64,000 nt of DNA from Octopus sinensis (lineage: Eukaryota), in NCBI RefSeq assembly GCF_006345805.1, contig NC_042999.1, positions 145,018,001 to 145,082,000 on the forward strand, read 5' to 3'. Shown in pieces: positions 1-11,858 of this stretch. Made by a program: the position numbers and the translations under genes. Below the pieces are notes generated by a model that saw only the letters and a list, made by a program, of their open reading frames with translations, searched no databases and was not told the origin of the DNA. Within the stretch, counting starts at the first letter, position 1. Every line of letters starts with the position of its first letter.

Positions 1-121
1 GGAACCATCACCATTGCCACCATCACCAACACTACTAATATCACTGCACCATCAGTACCACCACCACCACCACCACCACCACCACCACCACCACCGCCAC
101 CACCACCACCACCATCACCAT

Positions 122-152
<31 letters not shown>

Positions 153-165
153 AGTAGCACAAAGT
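1..165. repeat. Compound trinucleotide microsatellite (CAC)n/(CAT)n/(CAG)n
   Basis: Directly visible runs of cac, cat and cag. Confidence 0.95.
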
Positions 166-490
166 CACATTTTGTTACCTGACAGATGGCAGCAGGGACA
201 TGCTATCCAATTCCAATCAGATATCTGAGTTTTTTTCTGCAGTATTTTGCTAAACTTTTTATTAGGAATGACTGGCTAAAGATGGTAGACTTCAGTATCC
301 ATCTCGATGGTCTAATTTAACTTTTGACCAAAGATACACTTAAAAAAACAAAATTTATTTCAAGAAACAAAGTAGATGTGTTGAGCCACTTTGTGAGAAA
401 CAAATTGATGACCTTGGAAGATTTAATTTACAAAAAGTACTGCTGCACGTGATCAGTGTTATTAATGATCCTTTTGCCAATAGTCTACTG

Positions 491-830
491 CAACTGGTAG
501 CCAACTGGAAGAATTTCCACTACAACTGGCAGCTGACTGGGAGATTTTCTTCTGGTCATCAAATGGGAGAATTTCTATTGCAACACACTGCTGACTGGAA
601 ACATTTCTATAGCAAATGGTAACCAACTGAAAGACTTACTTCTATCTCTGGCAGCCAACTGGGAGAAGTTCTACTGCAATTGGTAGATGACCGGGAAAAT
701 TTTTATGGCAAATGGCAGGCAGCTGGTAGAATTTCTACTGTAACTAGCAGCTGGTTAGGAAAATTTCTACGGCTACTGGTAGTCAAATGGAAAACTGTCT
801 ACTGTGACTGGCAAGGAGAATTAGTTACTG
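491..830 (+). repeat. Degenerate ~32-bp tandem repeat, about 10-11 copies
   Basis: Units such as caactggtagccaactggaagaatttccacta, caaatggcaggcagctggtagaatttctactg and caattggtagatgaccgggaaaatttttatgg recur at about 32-bp spacing. Confidence 0.75.
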
Positions 831-929
831 TTTGTAGCCAGGACAGAGAATTGTTGTTGTTATGGCAACTAGATGGAACAATTTCTGTTTCTACTGGTAG
901 CCTACTGTAGATAAATCTTTAACATCTGA

Positions 930-2375
930 GAAAAAGGTTTGGGGAAACTGGAAGAAAGGGGCCAGCAAGGAGTACTATCAAGTTGCTAGAAGAAAAGATA
1001 AACACCAGGTATACTTAGGAAAGAAAGAAGCACAAACTAAGAGGATACCAATATTCTGGGACATTAGGATTAAAAACGTAATGCATCTTTGATTTTTAGA
1101 CAGTGAGAACATTGAGAAATTGCTGGGTAAAAATGTGTATCAAATGATTAAGACATACTTTTCTGATAAGAGGTGTAGATCTGTTGTATGAGGTTGTCAA
1201 ATATGGAGAATGCTTGGGAGCAAGTGGGACCTTCCCAAGTAGATCTAAAGAGGAAATAACCTTTTAAGTTGACAGTAGCATGGTAGCAGGTGCAAATAAA
1301 GATATGAAGGTGAGGAATGCAGTTTGGCCACCAGGGATGGTGGCTAAAATGCTGGACTCATGCTAGTCAATCACATATTCAGTAAATAGTATAGGAAGGT
1401 GTCATACTCAGTGGGAAGCATAGTAGTGTCCTCATTGATGTTTAGAAATTTTAGAAGACTTTTTGAAGACAAAGGATATGCACTAAAGAGAGAGAGGGGG
1501 GAGAGAAAGAGAGAGGGAGAGAGAGAGGGAGAGAGAGAGAGACAGACAGAGACAGAGAGTATTTAAGTGGCATCAAATTGGTGGACCAGGTTATGAAAGA
1601 TATAGAATTTTAGCACAGTTGATTAAAGCAGATCAAATGCATTTGAGTTTTGTACCAGGAAGACCTACAGTTGATGCCATCTTCTTAGTGAACCAATTAG
1701 AGGAAGAATACTGAGCTAGAAATAAAGCTTCTATATTTAATGACCTGGATAAATTTTTTTGAATGGTTCATGTGCTGTATTTTACTGGTTAGTAAGGAAT
1801 CAAAGAATAGATGGGTGACATGTAAAGGCCATACAGAAGCAGAATCAGTAAAGTGAGAAGTAGCAATGAATTCAGCAATGAATTTAGAATTCAATTAGAT
1901 GTGTGTGTGTGTGTGTAGGGTGTTGGATGTAGCTTAATTATCAGGTGTCTTCTGCTTCCCTGACCATAACAGGGTGTTTAAGACCTAGTTCTTATAGCTG
2001 AATCTAGTAGATTTAGGGAAGAAATTACTTAAGTTGAAGCAAAATAGAATGGAAGGGCTTCAAAATAAATTTAGCAAAGATTAGATTTTAGTGAGTAGGA
2101 AAGAAGGCAGGAAATGAATGATATGCAGAAAAATGAATAGGTAGAAATTCCACAGTCTGTTCAGTGTAAACTATGGATGCACAAGAGATGTAATGAGCTC
2201 ACAGGTAGACTAATGGAAAAATAAGGCTTTAAATGTAGCAAGAATTAAGAGTACACTTGAAATAGATTCTCTGAAGTGTCTGGAATACTCCCTAGAAATA
2301 GCTGGTAACTCCTCTTACCTTGGGGGCCTAATTAATGTGAAGATGGTTGCTCTGAAAGCATAGTAGCCAGAGTAA
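930..2375 (+). mobile_element. Heavily decayed RTE-clade LINE ORF2 remnant, interrupted by (GA)n and (TG)n
   Basis: tttaagtggcatcaaattggtggaccaggttatg resembles YRGIKLLDQVM; atgcatttgagttttgtaccagga..gatgccatcttc resembles MQFGFVPG..DAIF; LVLIAES-like segment near 1990. All match the younger RTE copies at 16995 and 21695. Confidence 0.75.
1489..1557. repeat. (GA)n microsatellite
   Basis: Directly visible. Confidence 0.95.
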
Positions 2376-2394
2376 AAATGAAGAGGAGAAATGT

Positions 2395-2580
2395 TACATA
2401 CCTACATACATACGTACGTACGTACATACATACATACATACATACATACATGCATACAGACAGACAGACATACATACATCTATCATCATCATCATCATCA
2501 CCATCTTCTTCTTCTTCTTCTTCTTTCTTCTTCTTCTTCTCTTCTTCTTCTTCTTCTTCTTCTTCTTCTTCTTCTTCTTT
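2395..2580. repeat. Compound (TACA)n-(CAT)n-(CTT)n microsatellite
   Basis: Directly visible; accounts for the spurious ORFs at 2378-2645. Confidence 0.95.
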
Positions 2581-3519
2581 GTATATGCATATCGTTTCTT
2601 CTTACATCCATTTTTTTCCATGCTAGCATGGATTAAAAGAAACATTGAGGTAAATTACTTTTTCATGGTGGAGCTTAGAGTAGGCAAAGTGGTAAATAAT
2701 AGTGGGTAGAATATTGGTTTAAAAATTCCTTCGGATGGAAAAAAGTTGAAGTTTTATCTATTCCAAATGCCATTAGTAAAAAATATTTCATTTCATATCA
2801 CACAAAATTTCAAAATTCTTGTTGTAATATTGAGGTATTGCTATTGCTACAAGATGTTCTTCATGTTGCCACCTGGTTTTCAGGTAAGAGATCCCTTATT
2901 CCACCTGTCTTTGAAGGCTCAAAGCCAACAAATGATTCTTTTTGAGAAGGGAAATGACAACAGTGTCACCATTTGTATCTCAGTAAATTTGGAGAAGTGC
3001 TAATGTAATTAAACATATAGACTCACATGTGTGTGTTTCCTTGGTTGGGTATAAGTAAAGAACATTGTTTTTATATATGCTACATTGAAAGAACATTACA
3101 ATAATTAATGGCAATAAAAGAAATACAAAATATTAATACCAAACGGTAATCTTAATCTCCAACTTTATGTGGTGATTGTGAAAGACCACAGAAGACTGTG
3201 TTATTTACTTTGAAAGAACCTGTCATAAGAACTCATGGTGCATAAGAGTACTTGTAATTATATCGTTGACAGATGAGAATTGTCTGCAACAGCTGCTGGA
3301 ACTGTCAGACCATGTGATTTGATCCGGCTGTGGGTTCCTTAGTGACAGATGTCCAACAGTCATCAATGATATATAGAAATATCATTGTCTGTTCAGGCAC
3401 TGGTGTCAAAAATAGCCAATGGGCTTATTAAAATAAACCTCCACATTTAAGAACATTATTATTCCAAAACAAACATAAAGGAATGATAAGAAAATATGAA
3501 AAATCCTTAATGGGAAACA

Positions 3520-4860
3520 CTAAACTTGACGAGACTGGCTTTTTCTGGAAGGGGATGCCTTCCAGAATGTACTCCATGAAGGATGAAGCCAGAGCCCCAG
3601 CATTTAAGGCACAAAAGGACAGAGTGAGGTTAATCATGTGTGGCAATGCTACTGGCTTCATGATAAAATCAGGATTTATCTACAAGTCTGCGAACCCAAG
3701 GGCCTTCAAAACTAAGAATAAAAATCTGATGCCTGTCCACTGGATACACAACACCAAGGCCTGGATTACCAAAAGTCTAACTTTCATTTGGTTCCACCAA
3801 TGCTTCATCCCTCAAGCCAAAGAATGCCTCCAAAATATTTGCATGGAATTCAAGGTGTTGCTTGTTATGGATAATGCTGGTAGTTACTCTTTGGATTTGA
3901 ATCATGAGGGAGTTTAAGTTGAGTTCCTCGCTGCCAACATCACCTCCCTCATCTAGCCTATGGATCAAGGTGTGATCTATGCCTTCAAGGCACTCTACAC
4001 TTGGAACTCTCTCCAACACCTTGTGGATGCAATGGGTTCAGACGACAATTTCAAGTTAAAGGAGTACTGGCGTAACTTCATGATTGCAACATACCTGTCA
4101 GTCATCCACACTGCTCCTTAAGACATGCAAAAAGAAACTCTCATCGCATGCTGGGAGAAGGTGTGGCCTGAGTGTGTCCATGACTACAAGGGCTTCTCCA
4201 CTGAAGATATTCAGCACGAATGCAGTGAAACTGGCAAAGGTTTCAATGACACCACATAAGACGAGGTCAATGACCTCATTGATGCCCACTCTGAAACCCT
4301 GATAGATGAAGATTTGTTGGAGTTAACAAAGTCAGCCAGCGAAGAGGAGGAAGTGCTAGATCCAGAGGAAGAGGAGGATGAGGTGGATTTGGCAATCAAG
4401 TGTCTGTCCAACCTTTTAAGGACAGCAAAGGAATTTCAAGGGAAGGCAGAAGCATGGGATCCCTATATGGTTTGGTCTCTCCAATTTAAAAATGCCATCG
4501 ATGCTCTCATGCTGACATATAAAACTCTCCTCACCACCATGAAGAAACAATGACAGCAACTTCCTATCATAATGTTCCTTAAGCCCATCAAGAAAGCCTT
4601 GCATGAAGATACAACATCCCCTAAAACACCTGAAGAAGAGGTGTCATCTGGAGAGCTTTAAATCTTTGCTGTGCAGTCATTACCTTCATTATTTTCATCA
4701 TCATCGTCTTAAATCAATATCATTCATTATTGGTAACAGTGCTTTAATTTTTATTAAATATTATATATATAATATTTTACATCATATTTTGACATTTATA
4801 GGCATTTTTATGGACCATGTCAAATATTTGCGGTTTTTCACTATGTACAGGTAGGGGACT
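3520..4860 (+). mobile_element. Tigger/pogo DNA transposon remnant (DDE_1 transposase pseudogene, 5' truncated)
   Basis: DETGFFWKGMPSR..KAQKDRV...CGNATG...W..N.KAWIT...WFHQCFIP...KVLLVMDNA, followed by a stop- and frameshift-damaged VEFL.AN.TSLIQPMDQGVI.AFK and an acidic C-terminus; typical TIGD1/Tigger motifs. Confidence 0.92.
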
Positions 4861-5612
4861 ATTATATTATTCTTTTACCTCAACAAAATTTATCTGTCCC
4901 ATGCCAGCATGAAAAAGTGGACATTAAAGTGATAATGATGATGATGATGATGATTAGTTCTCACAACAATAACATTTTAAAAATCCTTGTCTAATGTTTC
5001 GAGATTATCACAATCCCAATTTCAAAATAAGCTATTGCAATGGCATGTTTTCAATATAACATATTTAAAAGAGGAGTTGTTCCCTGTTTACATAGATACA
5101 CATACACAGACACATATATGGATAATAATTGGCATTAGATTATCATTTATACCTATGAGAAAACCAGCTAGAATTTTGAAATTCTACAAATTTTAAGCTC
5201 AATTTTTGTAACAAAGAGTCCACATTGTTGAAGTTGTAAAAAAGAGCCATATTGTGAGATTTGCAAAATACTGCTGACTAAATAAGTGAAATAGATTGAC
5301 TTGATATCATCGTTAAAATATATGAAAAACAGGATGTGCCTACTTACAGAGATGACCTTCCTTTTGAACAACAATTTCTTTTTAAGACAAATTAAGTATA
5401 AAAATTTGGAAACAGAAATGTAGAAATTATAGTACACAAACAGTATTAATAGTAACTATTTTAATTGGTTTAATTAAAAAGAATTGACCAATATACCTAT
5501 GAAAATGTTTACAAAGCCCAAGATTACTGAAACACAAAATATTCTTAGTGGAACCATTTACATCAATCAGTTAAGCATTACCCAAATGACAACTCAGTTG
5601 AAAACTACTATG

Positions 5613-6305
5613 TATTTACATTCAACGGATATTTGTCCTCATCTTGTTTGTTGTTAACACATTTCAGCTGATGTACCCTCCAGCCTTCATCAGGTGTCTT
5701 GGGGAAATTTTGAACCTGGGTTCTCATTCCTAAGGTATTTTTCAATGTTATCATTCTTCATATTATTCACTGCTTGGAATCAAACTCGGAATCTTGGTGT
5801 TAGTAGCCTGTGCTCTTAACCGTGGGCAATTATGGAGTGAATTTTAGGGCTTATAAATTTAATATTTTTTTCTATCCTTCCTTAATACTGGTTCCCATAT
5901 ACTGCTCATATCTGCTCTCAGTCTGCTTAGGAGGTTGTTGTGTCCTAGCATATGTGCTGCTTCTTTTAGTTTTCATATTTTCCATTAATGTTCTCTATCT
6001 ATTATTTTAACTTTGTTCCACAGGTGGTCTCCAGTTTTCCATACATGATCAGCTATACCTGATTTATCAATATCTCCTGGTGTTTTAGCTTTGAGATGTT
6101 CATCTACCCTATTTTGAGGGGCAGCATGTTTCGCCTTTGTATAACCTACCACAGCTGCATGGGATGGAATACATGCAGTCTTTGGTCATATTCTCTTCTA
6201 TTGGTGGTTTTACTCAAAGGAGATATTTGCAAAGTGTTGTATTACTCTTGAATACTGTCCTGATGTCATATGGGCTGCATATCTTTTGTATACAGTGTAA
6301 AGAGA
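5613..6305 (-). mobile_element. Penelope/Poseidon-like element 3' end: GIY-YIG endonuclease remnant followed by tRNA-like head and hammerhead terminal repeat
   Basis: Manual minus-strand translation: IQKICSPYDIRTVFKSNTTL...DCMYSIPCSCGRLYKGET...EH...SGIADHVWKTGDH...WNKVKIIDRE...LKEAAHMLGHNNLLSR...IWEPVLRKDR. It continues without a break into the tRNA-like/HHR segment at 5613-5828. Confidence 0.85.
5656..5700 (-). ncRNA. Degenerate type I hammerhead motif (copy 1 of the tRNA-head family)
   Basis: Minus strand gacacCTGATGAaggctggagggtacatcagctGAAAtgtgtt; 3-nt deletion (cgt) in stem III and the cleavage site relative to the other copies, so probably inactive. Confidence 0.6.
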
Positions 6306-6641
6306 GGGATAGCTCAGTACCTAAAACCTCATGCAAGGAATATAAGTTGTGATCATGATACACACCACAAAGAAATGATCAAGCTCAATAATGATCTGTT
6401 AAGCAACAACTACCCCATAAGTATACTATCCACTCCAATTATGAAGAAGAGAGAGGATGAGGCCAATAAACTGTCCACAGTCTGTCTACCCTATGCGAAT
6501 GGCCTCTCCGAAAAGATACAAAAGATATGTGACCCATATGACATCAGGACAGTATTCAAGAGTAATATGGGAATCGTAATTAGGTAAGGATAGAAAAATA
6601 TTAGATTTATAAGCCCTAAAATTCACTCCATTATTGCTCAT

Positions 6642-6714
6642 GGGCAATAGGCATAGTGGTTAAGAGTGTGAGCTACTAACCCCAAGATTCTGAGTTCGAT
6701 TCCAAGTAGTGACC
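6642..6714 (+). promoter_or_regulatory. tRNA-derived internal Pol III promoter (A box and B box) in the PLE terminal repeat
   Basis: A-box-like TAGGCATAGTGG (TGGCGTAGTGG in the 54196 copy); B box GAGTTCGATTCC at 6692-6703. Confidence 0.75.
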
Positions 6715-6778
6715 TGAATAAGAATAATAACATCGAAAAATACCTTAGGAATGAGAACCCAGTTTTGAAATTTCCCCA

Positions 6779-6825
6779 AGACAGCTGATGAAGGCTGGAG
6801 GGTATATCAGCTGAAACGTTGTGTT
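6779..6825 (+). ncRNA. Minimal type I hammerhead motif (copy 2)
   Basis: gacag-CTGATGA-a-ggctg/gagggtatat/cagct-GAAA-CG-TT-gtgtt. Extra A after A9, palindromic AACGUU stem III, GUU triplet. One stem I mismatch and a G-U at 10.1 in this copy. Confidence 0.72.
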
Positions 6826-7329
6826 AACGATAAACAAGATGAGGACAAATATCTGTCAAATGTAAATAATGTACATAATTCCTCATCTCTTAAATATAGA
6901 ACTGTACTACTATGTATATTTTTGTCCTCCCACACTTTACAGATTGACAAAAAGGCTAAGGCAAATGTTATTAAAAAATATTTTAATAGCATTAACATGA
7001 AAGGATGCAATGTGTTTCATTTACTTTTGAAAATATGTTCCAAATCATAACTGCTAATCATGATAAGCTGTTGTTTAACATCCATGTTTCATACTGGCAT
7101 ACACACAGAGGTTGAACCATAATGATGGGACACATTTTAAATGCTAGTATCTTGGATTATAAAAATGACATAGAGTACCAAATATATTTATTGTATAACT
7201 AATATACAGAAGTTCAATATATTATCCAAAAGAACATTCATGAGCTTGCTTTCTCATATGAAGCACACTATGGTTTAGCATATCAACTAGAATGGCTGCA
7301 ATCTCTTTACGGATGCTTTGTTTTAGTTC

Positions 7330-7500
7330 CGCTGCTGTGTGGGGCCTTCATGCATATACCCTATCCTTGAGGTAACCCCCACAGAAAGTAGTCCAATGGG
7401 GTTAGATCTGATGGTCTGGATGGCCAGTGGATATCACCAAATCTCGAAATGAGATGCCCGGAGAATTGTTCTTGAAGAGTTGTCCTTGACAATCTTAGAT
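7330..7500 (-). mobile_element. Tc1/mariner-superfamily transposase C-terminal remnant
   Basis: ORF 7361-7591 contains LISRFGDIHWPSRPSDLTPLDYFLWG, matching the W.PRSPDL.PLD.FLWG motif. Confidence 0.85.
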
Positions 7501-7555
7501 GGTTGCACTCTTGTATATCAGTTATGTAATTAATATATAATAATAATAATAATAA

Positions 7556-8128
7556 AAATGCCCTAATGTAGTACCAGACAGTGACTCTCATGGCTTCTGA
7601 TCTTAACTGATTGGAAGTGTTATTATGTACATTGTTTTGTCTTGGTATAAAAGATGGGCTACAGCAAATATTCTGCTCAATACCACAGATTTGCTTGTTA
7701 GTTGTTTGACCTTAACCAGTTGGGTATGTCCCTTAGTGGCTGACGATATGTGCATCTCTGATCATGAGTGGGGGAACATCATAGCCATGTGTTGAAAGGA
7801 ATTCTTGGAGGTTTGGATAATTCACCTTTGGAAACATGGGTGGTTCGTTCAACATCCTTAAACAATCCTTATTCAGGGACCTTTTGAGCGGGATGGGCTA
7901 CTTGACTAGAAGAAAATTCTAACTGGGCCCCAGCTGCAAGGTCATGCGCTGTTTATCTTGATATGAGATCACCATGTCACGCACATATGGTTGTGATGCA
8001 TGTGCCTAGTGAACCCTTATCAGACGGGTAGTCATGATGGGTATACTGGGCTTCGTATATTTTACTCCAGTGTCACTTTGATGGTATGCACTGCTCTCTC
8101 ACTCAATAATAATAATAATAATAATAAT
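7556..8128 (+). mobile_element. Non-coding interspersed repeat with (AAT)n tail, probably a LINE 3' UTR or SINE
   Basis: About 550 bp with retained CpGs between two (AAT)n tracts, with a 3' hairpin (ctggg...tccag). Recognised from memory as an abundant octopus repeat; only one copy in this window. Confidence 0.5.
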
Positions 8129-8860
8129 GAAATTATTGTATACAGTACTCAGGTGCACCACAACTTGTCAAAAGTGTGTATAAAGCATATATTGGTACTC
8201 TATGTCATTTTTATAATCCAAGATACTACCATTTAAAACATGTCATCATTATGATTCACCCTTTATATATCATCATCATCATTATTGTTTAACATCTGAC
8301 TTCCATGCATGCATGGGTAGGATGGTTGACAGGAGCTGACCATGTAGAAAACTACCCATGGCTACTGTGTCTGTTTTGGCAGGGTTTTACGGCTGGATGG
8401 CCTTCCTAACACCAACAACTCTGCAGAGTAGACTCAGTGCTTTTTACTTGGACACTAGCACACACACACACTTATTCTATTCATCCATTATTCCTGGATA
8501 AGATACAATGAAATGCAGACAGTTGAATTAAAGCTCATAAATAAATTTAAAAAATGAGAAGTACTAGTAGTAGGAGAGAAGAAAAAAAAAACTGGAGAGA
8601 AGTTTTAGTGGAAGTTAAAATATGTTGAAGCCTAAATTACATTCAATTTGTTGGACATCAAATTCTGTTATTTCTCCTTCTTCAACTTGTTTTTAATTTA
8701 TCTCTCCTTCTTCATTTTAATGTTTCTATGTTTACCTGTTTGTAACTCATTAAAAAAAAAATTTCTCATTATGTACCTCTCTTCTGCTCTCACTGAGAGG
8801 AAAAGTACTCCCATAGATAATGATATTTATATATATTTATATACAGACATGTATATATGG

Positions 8861-8870
8861 AGAGAGAGAG

Positions 8871-8965
<95 letters not shown>

Positions 8966-8972
8966 GAGACAG
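8861..8972. repeat. (GATA)n-(GA)n microsatellite
   Basis: Directly visible. Confidence 0.95.
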
Positions 8973-10489
8973 AGAAGGAAAGTAGTGTTAAATGTGTTGT
9001 CTGTAAGTTCTGTAAAGCTGTCATGAAGTTGTCAACAAGGAGGAAAGAATGCTATGTCATGAAATTGTCAGCAAAAACTAACAGAATGGGTGAAGTGGTG
9101 GTGGAGTTGTGTAGAAGTACCTCCATGACTTTTTTGCTTTTTTAAAATTTGCTTTGAGAAAATTTCTCTCCTGATTTGTATGCTTCAAAAATTGGACATT
9201 ACAATTCTGTTAAAAACATTTTTCAGTTTCCCATTCTTTTTTCATTATATTCCAGACAAAACCCACCTCATTCTCCATTTTGCTGTATGAAACCAGCAAT
9301 AATTTTTACACCCATGCTAGCATGGAAAGCGGATGCTAAACGATGATGATGATGATGATGAATTTTGACATCTTTTCCAGTTTTTTTCTTTTTTGGTTTG
9401 TATTAGAGGTTTTAAACTTTGATTATGATTCTGGAAAAAATATGCTTTTCAGAAATTCAAGTTTCTTTCAATCCCACTTCTTTCCCAGTTTCAACTATTT
9501 TTTATAATATTTTTTTTCTCAATTGACATGTTTTAAATGTAGAACAGAAAAAAAGAAGAAAAAAGCACTTTCATAAATTCAGTTCTTTGTTTATTGTACA
9601 ATACCATCAATGTTGCACTTGGTGCTCTCTGACTAAGAAAAGGAACAGGATGGCCATGGCAAGAATGACTTTTGATTGGAGCTGACATTGTATTGATGAG
9701 GTATATTTGAGAGAAACAGCTGCTATATTTCATTCAAACTATATGAGTCTTATGCACATACAAGCCAAGAAGGTAGATCTCTATGTGGTAGCACAATCTG
9801 CTAGAAATAACAGCTAAACCATCCTCAGTTCACATTGTCTTATGTACGTATACACATATGTATGAACCAATGTAGGAGATCCTACATGTCTAGATTTGTG
9901 AGAAATATCAGCTAAATTTCCCTAAGAGCAACCCCTGTTGGGTGATATATGCATGTATATATGTACTCATGATCCAAAAAAAGAGATCTGTATATCTTAC
10001 TTCATCCTTTATGTGTGTGTGTTTTGCTCTTGAACTTATGAAACTTCTTTTCATTTCTTTAACTGGTTATTTTCAGCATGATACAAACTAAAATAAAATG
10101 TACTCCACTTTTTTCACCCCTTTTCTTTTTGTCTAACTTTCTAAGGAAAAATATAAGCTTGAAATGTTAAAGCTTTTCTATTTTCTTCCTGCTCCTTTAG
10201 TGTCAAAATAATAATTACCTTCTTGTGCAGGAAAAGGAAAGGTCATTGGATCAGTATAACCAGTGATTTATGGTATATTTTGAGAGCTTGTTCTGATTCA
10301 TTTAATTTGAAAGAAGTTACACCATGAAGACTCAAAGATATGATCTAGTAAAAAGTTATGTCACTATACAGAGACTGTAAGACAAGGAGTTTGACATTTT
10401 TGTAGAATTTGTTCAAACAGAAATAACACAATTGCTAGTCTAAAACTTTAGAGTATTCGGAATATTGTCAGATGGTTGCAGAATCATCA

Positions 10490-10830
10490 GCCATTTTTAG
10501 CTTTAGACTTGAACAAGAGTGGCCATGTGTAAACTGTGGATGCCACCACTGTTAAGCTAACAAGAGAATGATGTGCCATTCTGGCCCTATTTGCCAGTGC
10601 ATGGTCAGCCAAGCTGTGGAATTGTGTGTGCATCGCCTTTGTGTTGACTGCCTTCTCTTCCCCTTGTCTGTTCAGTTTCATGCTTGGGATGGACTTTTGC
10701 CTGCCTAGGTGAGGCATGCCCAAAGTGAATGCATTGGGTGCTGTTTATGTTGGAGTAGAGTCTCAACCTCCTGGCCATTTCAACCTGCATAATTCCTCTG
10801 AGAGATGCATTTCACTGAGTGTCTGAGGCA
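10490..10830 (-). mobile_element. Possible ancient RTE-type LINE ORF2 C-terminal remnant
   Basis: Frameshifted SLRGIMQVEMARRL..HFGHA and MKLNRQGEEK..ADHALANRARM loosely resemble LRRIL.I.W..R, WFGHV.R and W.PQG.R..AQDR..WR. Confidence 0.3.
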
Positions 10831-11740
10831 GCAGGTACATTCACTGCTTTAACCAGATAAGAAGTGGATCTAAGTTGAATAGAAATTGTTAGTTCAGTTC
10901 ATTTTGGAACGGTATCTAATTTGCATGCTTGTGTGAAGTGACTATGTTTATCACATTTCCCATAATAAGCTTCTCTGGTAGGATATTTTCTATGAGAGTG
11001 AAAGTCAGTTCCACAGAAAATAAAAAATATTTAACAGAAATCTTGCAAACGTCTGTTTTTCAGTCAAATTCCTGCGACATGGAAAAGGTTGGAAAGCATT
11101 GAATGATTGAATGTTATACTCAGTTGCATTACTGTAAAGTACATTACAATACTCTTCTTGTATGGTAATATAATTTAGGATAGTGGACAGCTAAATGTTA
11201 TTAAAATTTAGGATTTTGAAACACTCTCAGATAAGTGTTCACTGATGCAGGCCACACACTGAAAGCATAACGTATGTATTCCCCAGTATTTAGTTCTTTC
11301 TAATAGCCTTGAAGCCAGAGTCTCCAAATAATGCTTGAGGGACCTAAGCAAAGTGGTGAGGTTCTCTCTTTGGTTGTTGTATAGCTAACACACAATCAAA
11401 TGTAAACCTCATTTTCTGCGTAAGGATGATACAGCTGTATCATGGTTATTAATCTTGGATATACAAATAATTTTCATGATAGAGATGGTTAGAATATCAA
11501 ATGCATGATTTCCTGGTACTTTGCTGAGTTTGGCTAATCATAAAAAAATTGCAGGTTCTGGAAGTTTGTCAATTTTGAGCAGCATCAATTGTTAGCTAAA
11601 AGTTACAGCATTGTGTTTGGAAGTGTAGTATAACGGTACACCAAAATCGTTCCACAGAAAACAGGAATACCTCACACATAATAAACATGGTCATTCTCTA
11701 TTACGTATGAATACATACATACGTGTAACTTTTGTAATTT

Positions 11741-11858
11741 ATAATCTCTGACGAAGCCTAGAGTACCTCATTTTCATCTACCTATTACCTCAATCCACTC
11801 GAGTAATATAGGCAAAATGAGGTATTTTTATCTATTGGCTGAAACAGCTGTAAGTTAT
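11741..11858 (+). ncRNA. Type I hammerhead ribozyme with ~86-nt extended stem II, in a solo AT-rich PLE-type terminal repeat
   Basis: ataa(t)ct-CTGACGA-AGCC...GGCT-GAAA-CAGCTG-TA-agttat. Intact core, palindromic ACAGCUGU stem III, GUA triplet (cut after 11852). Inner pairings: tacctcatttt 11764-11774 with aaaatgaggta 11814-11824, and cctattac(c)tc with gagtaatatagg. Confidence 0.85.

Larger units (their letters stand above)
6310..6905 (+). mobile_element. Second, inverted copy of the same PLE 3' region (post-RT linker, internal deletion of the endonuclease, tRNA-like head and hammerhead)
   Basis: ORF 6270-6587 contains LSNNYP...VCLPYANGLSEKIQKICDPYDIRTVFKSN (PLE thumb/linker). It then jumps to aaggatagaaaaatattagatttataagccctaaaattcactcc, shared with the minus copy, and into the tRNA-like head at 6642. 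Confidence 0.85.

Noticed and set aside
680-910. 76-aa ORF over the 32-bp array
   Set aside because: The repeat period is not in frame, the protein shows no repeat, and no family is recognised.
2378-2645. ORFs with poly-Ser, poly-Leu, poly-Lys and His runs
   Set aside because: They are translations of (TACA)n, (CAT)n and (CTT)n microsatellites.
2854-2883. Possible 30-nt exon ending CAG|GTAAGA
   Set aside because: The acceptor lacks a pyrimidine tract and there is no other support.
4200-4640. CTGAAGA motifs near 4202 and 4630
   Set aside because: They lie inside Tigger coding sequence with no stem II or GAAA partner, so they are not hammerheads.
6642-6714. tRNA gene
   Set aside because: A and B boxes are present, but the acceptor and anticodon stems do not pair properly and the segment is part of a repeat; it is a tRNA-derived head. 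The same applies to the other SINE heads.
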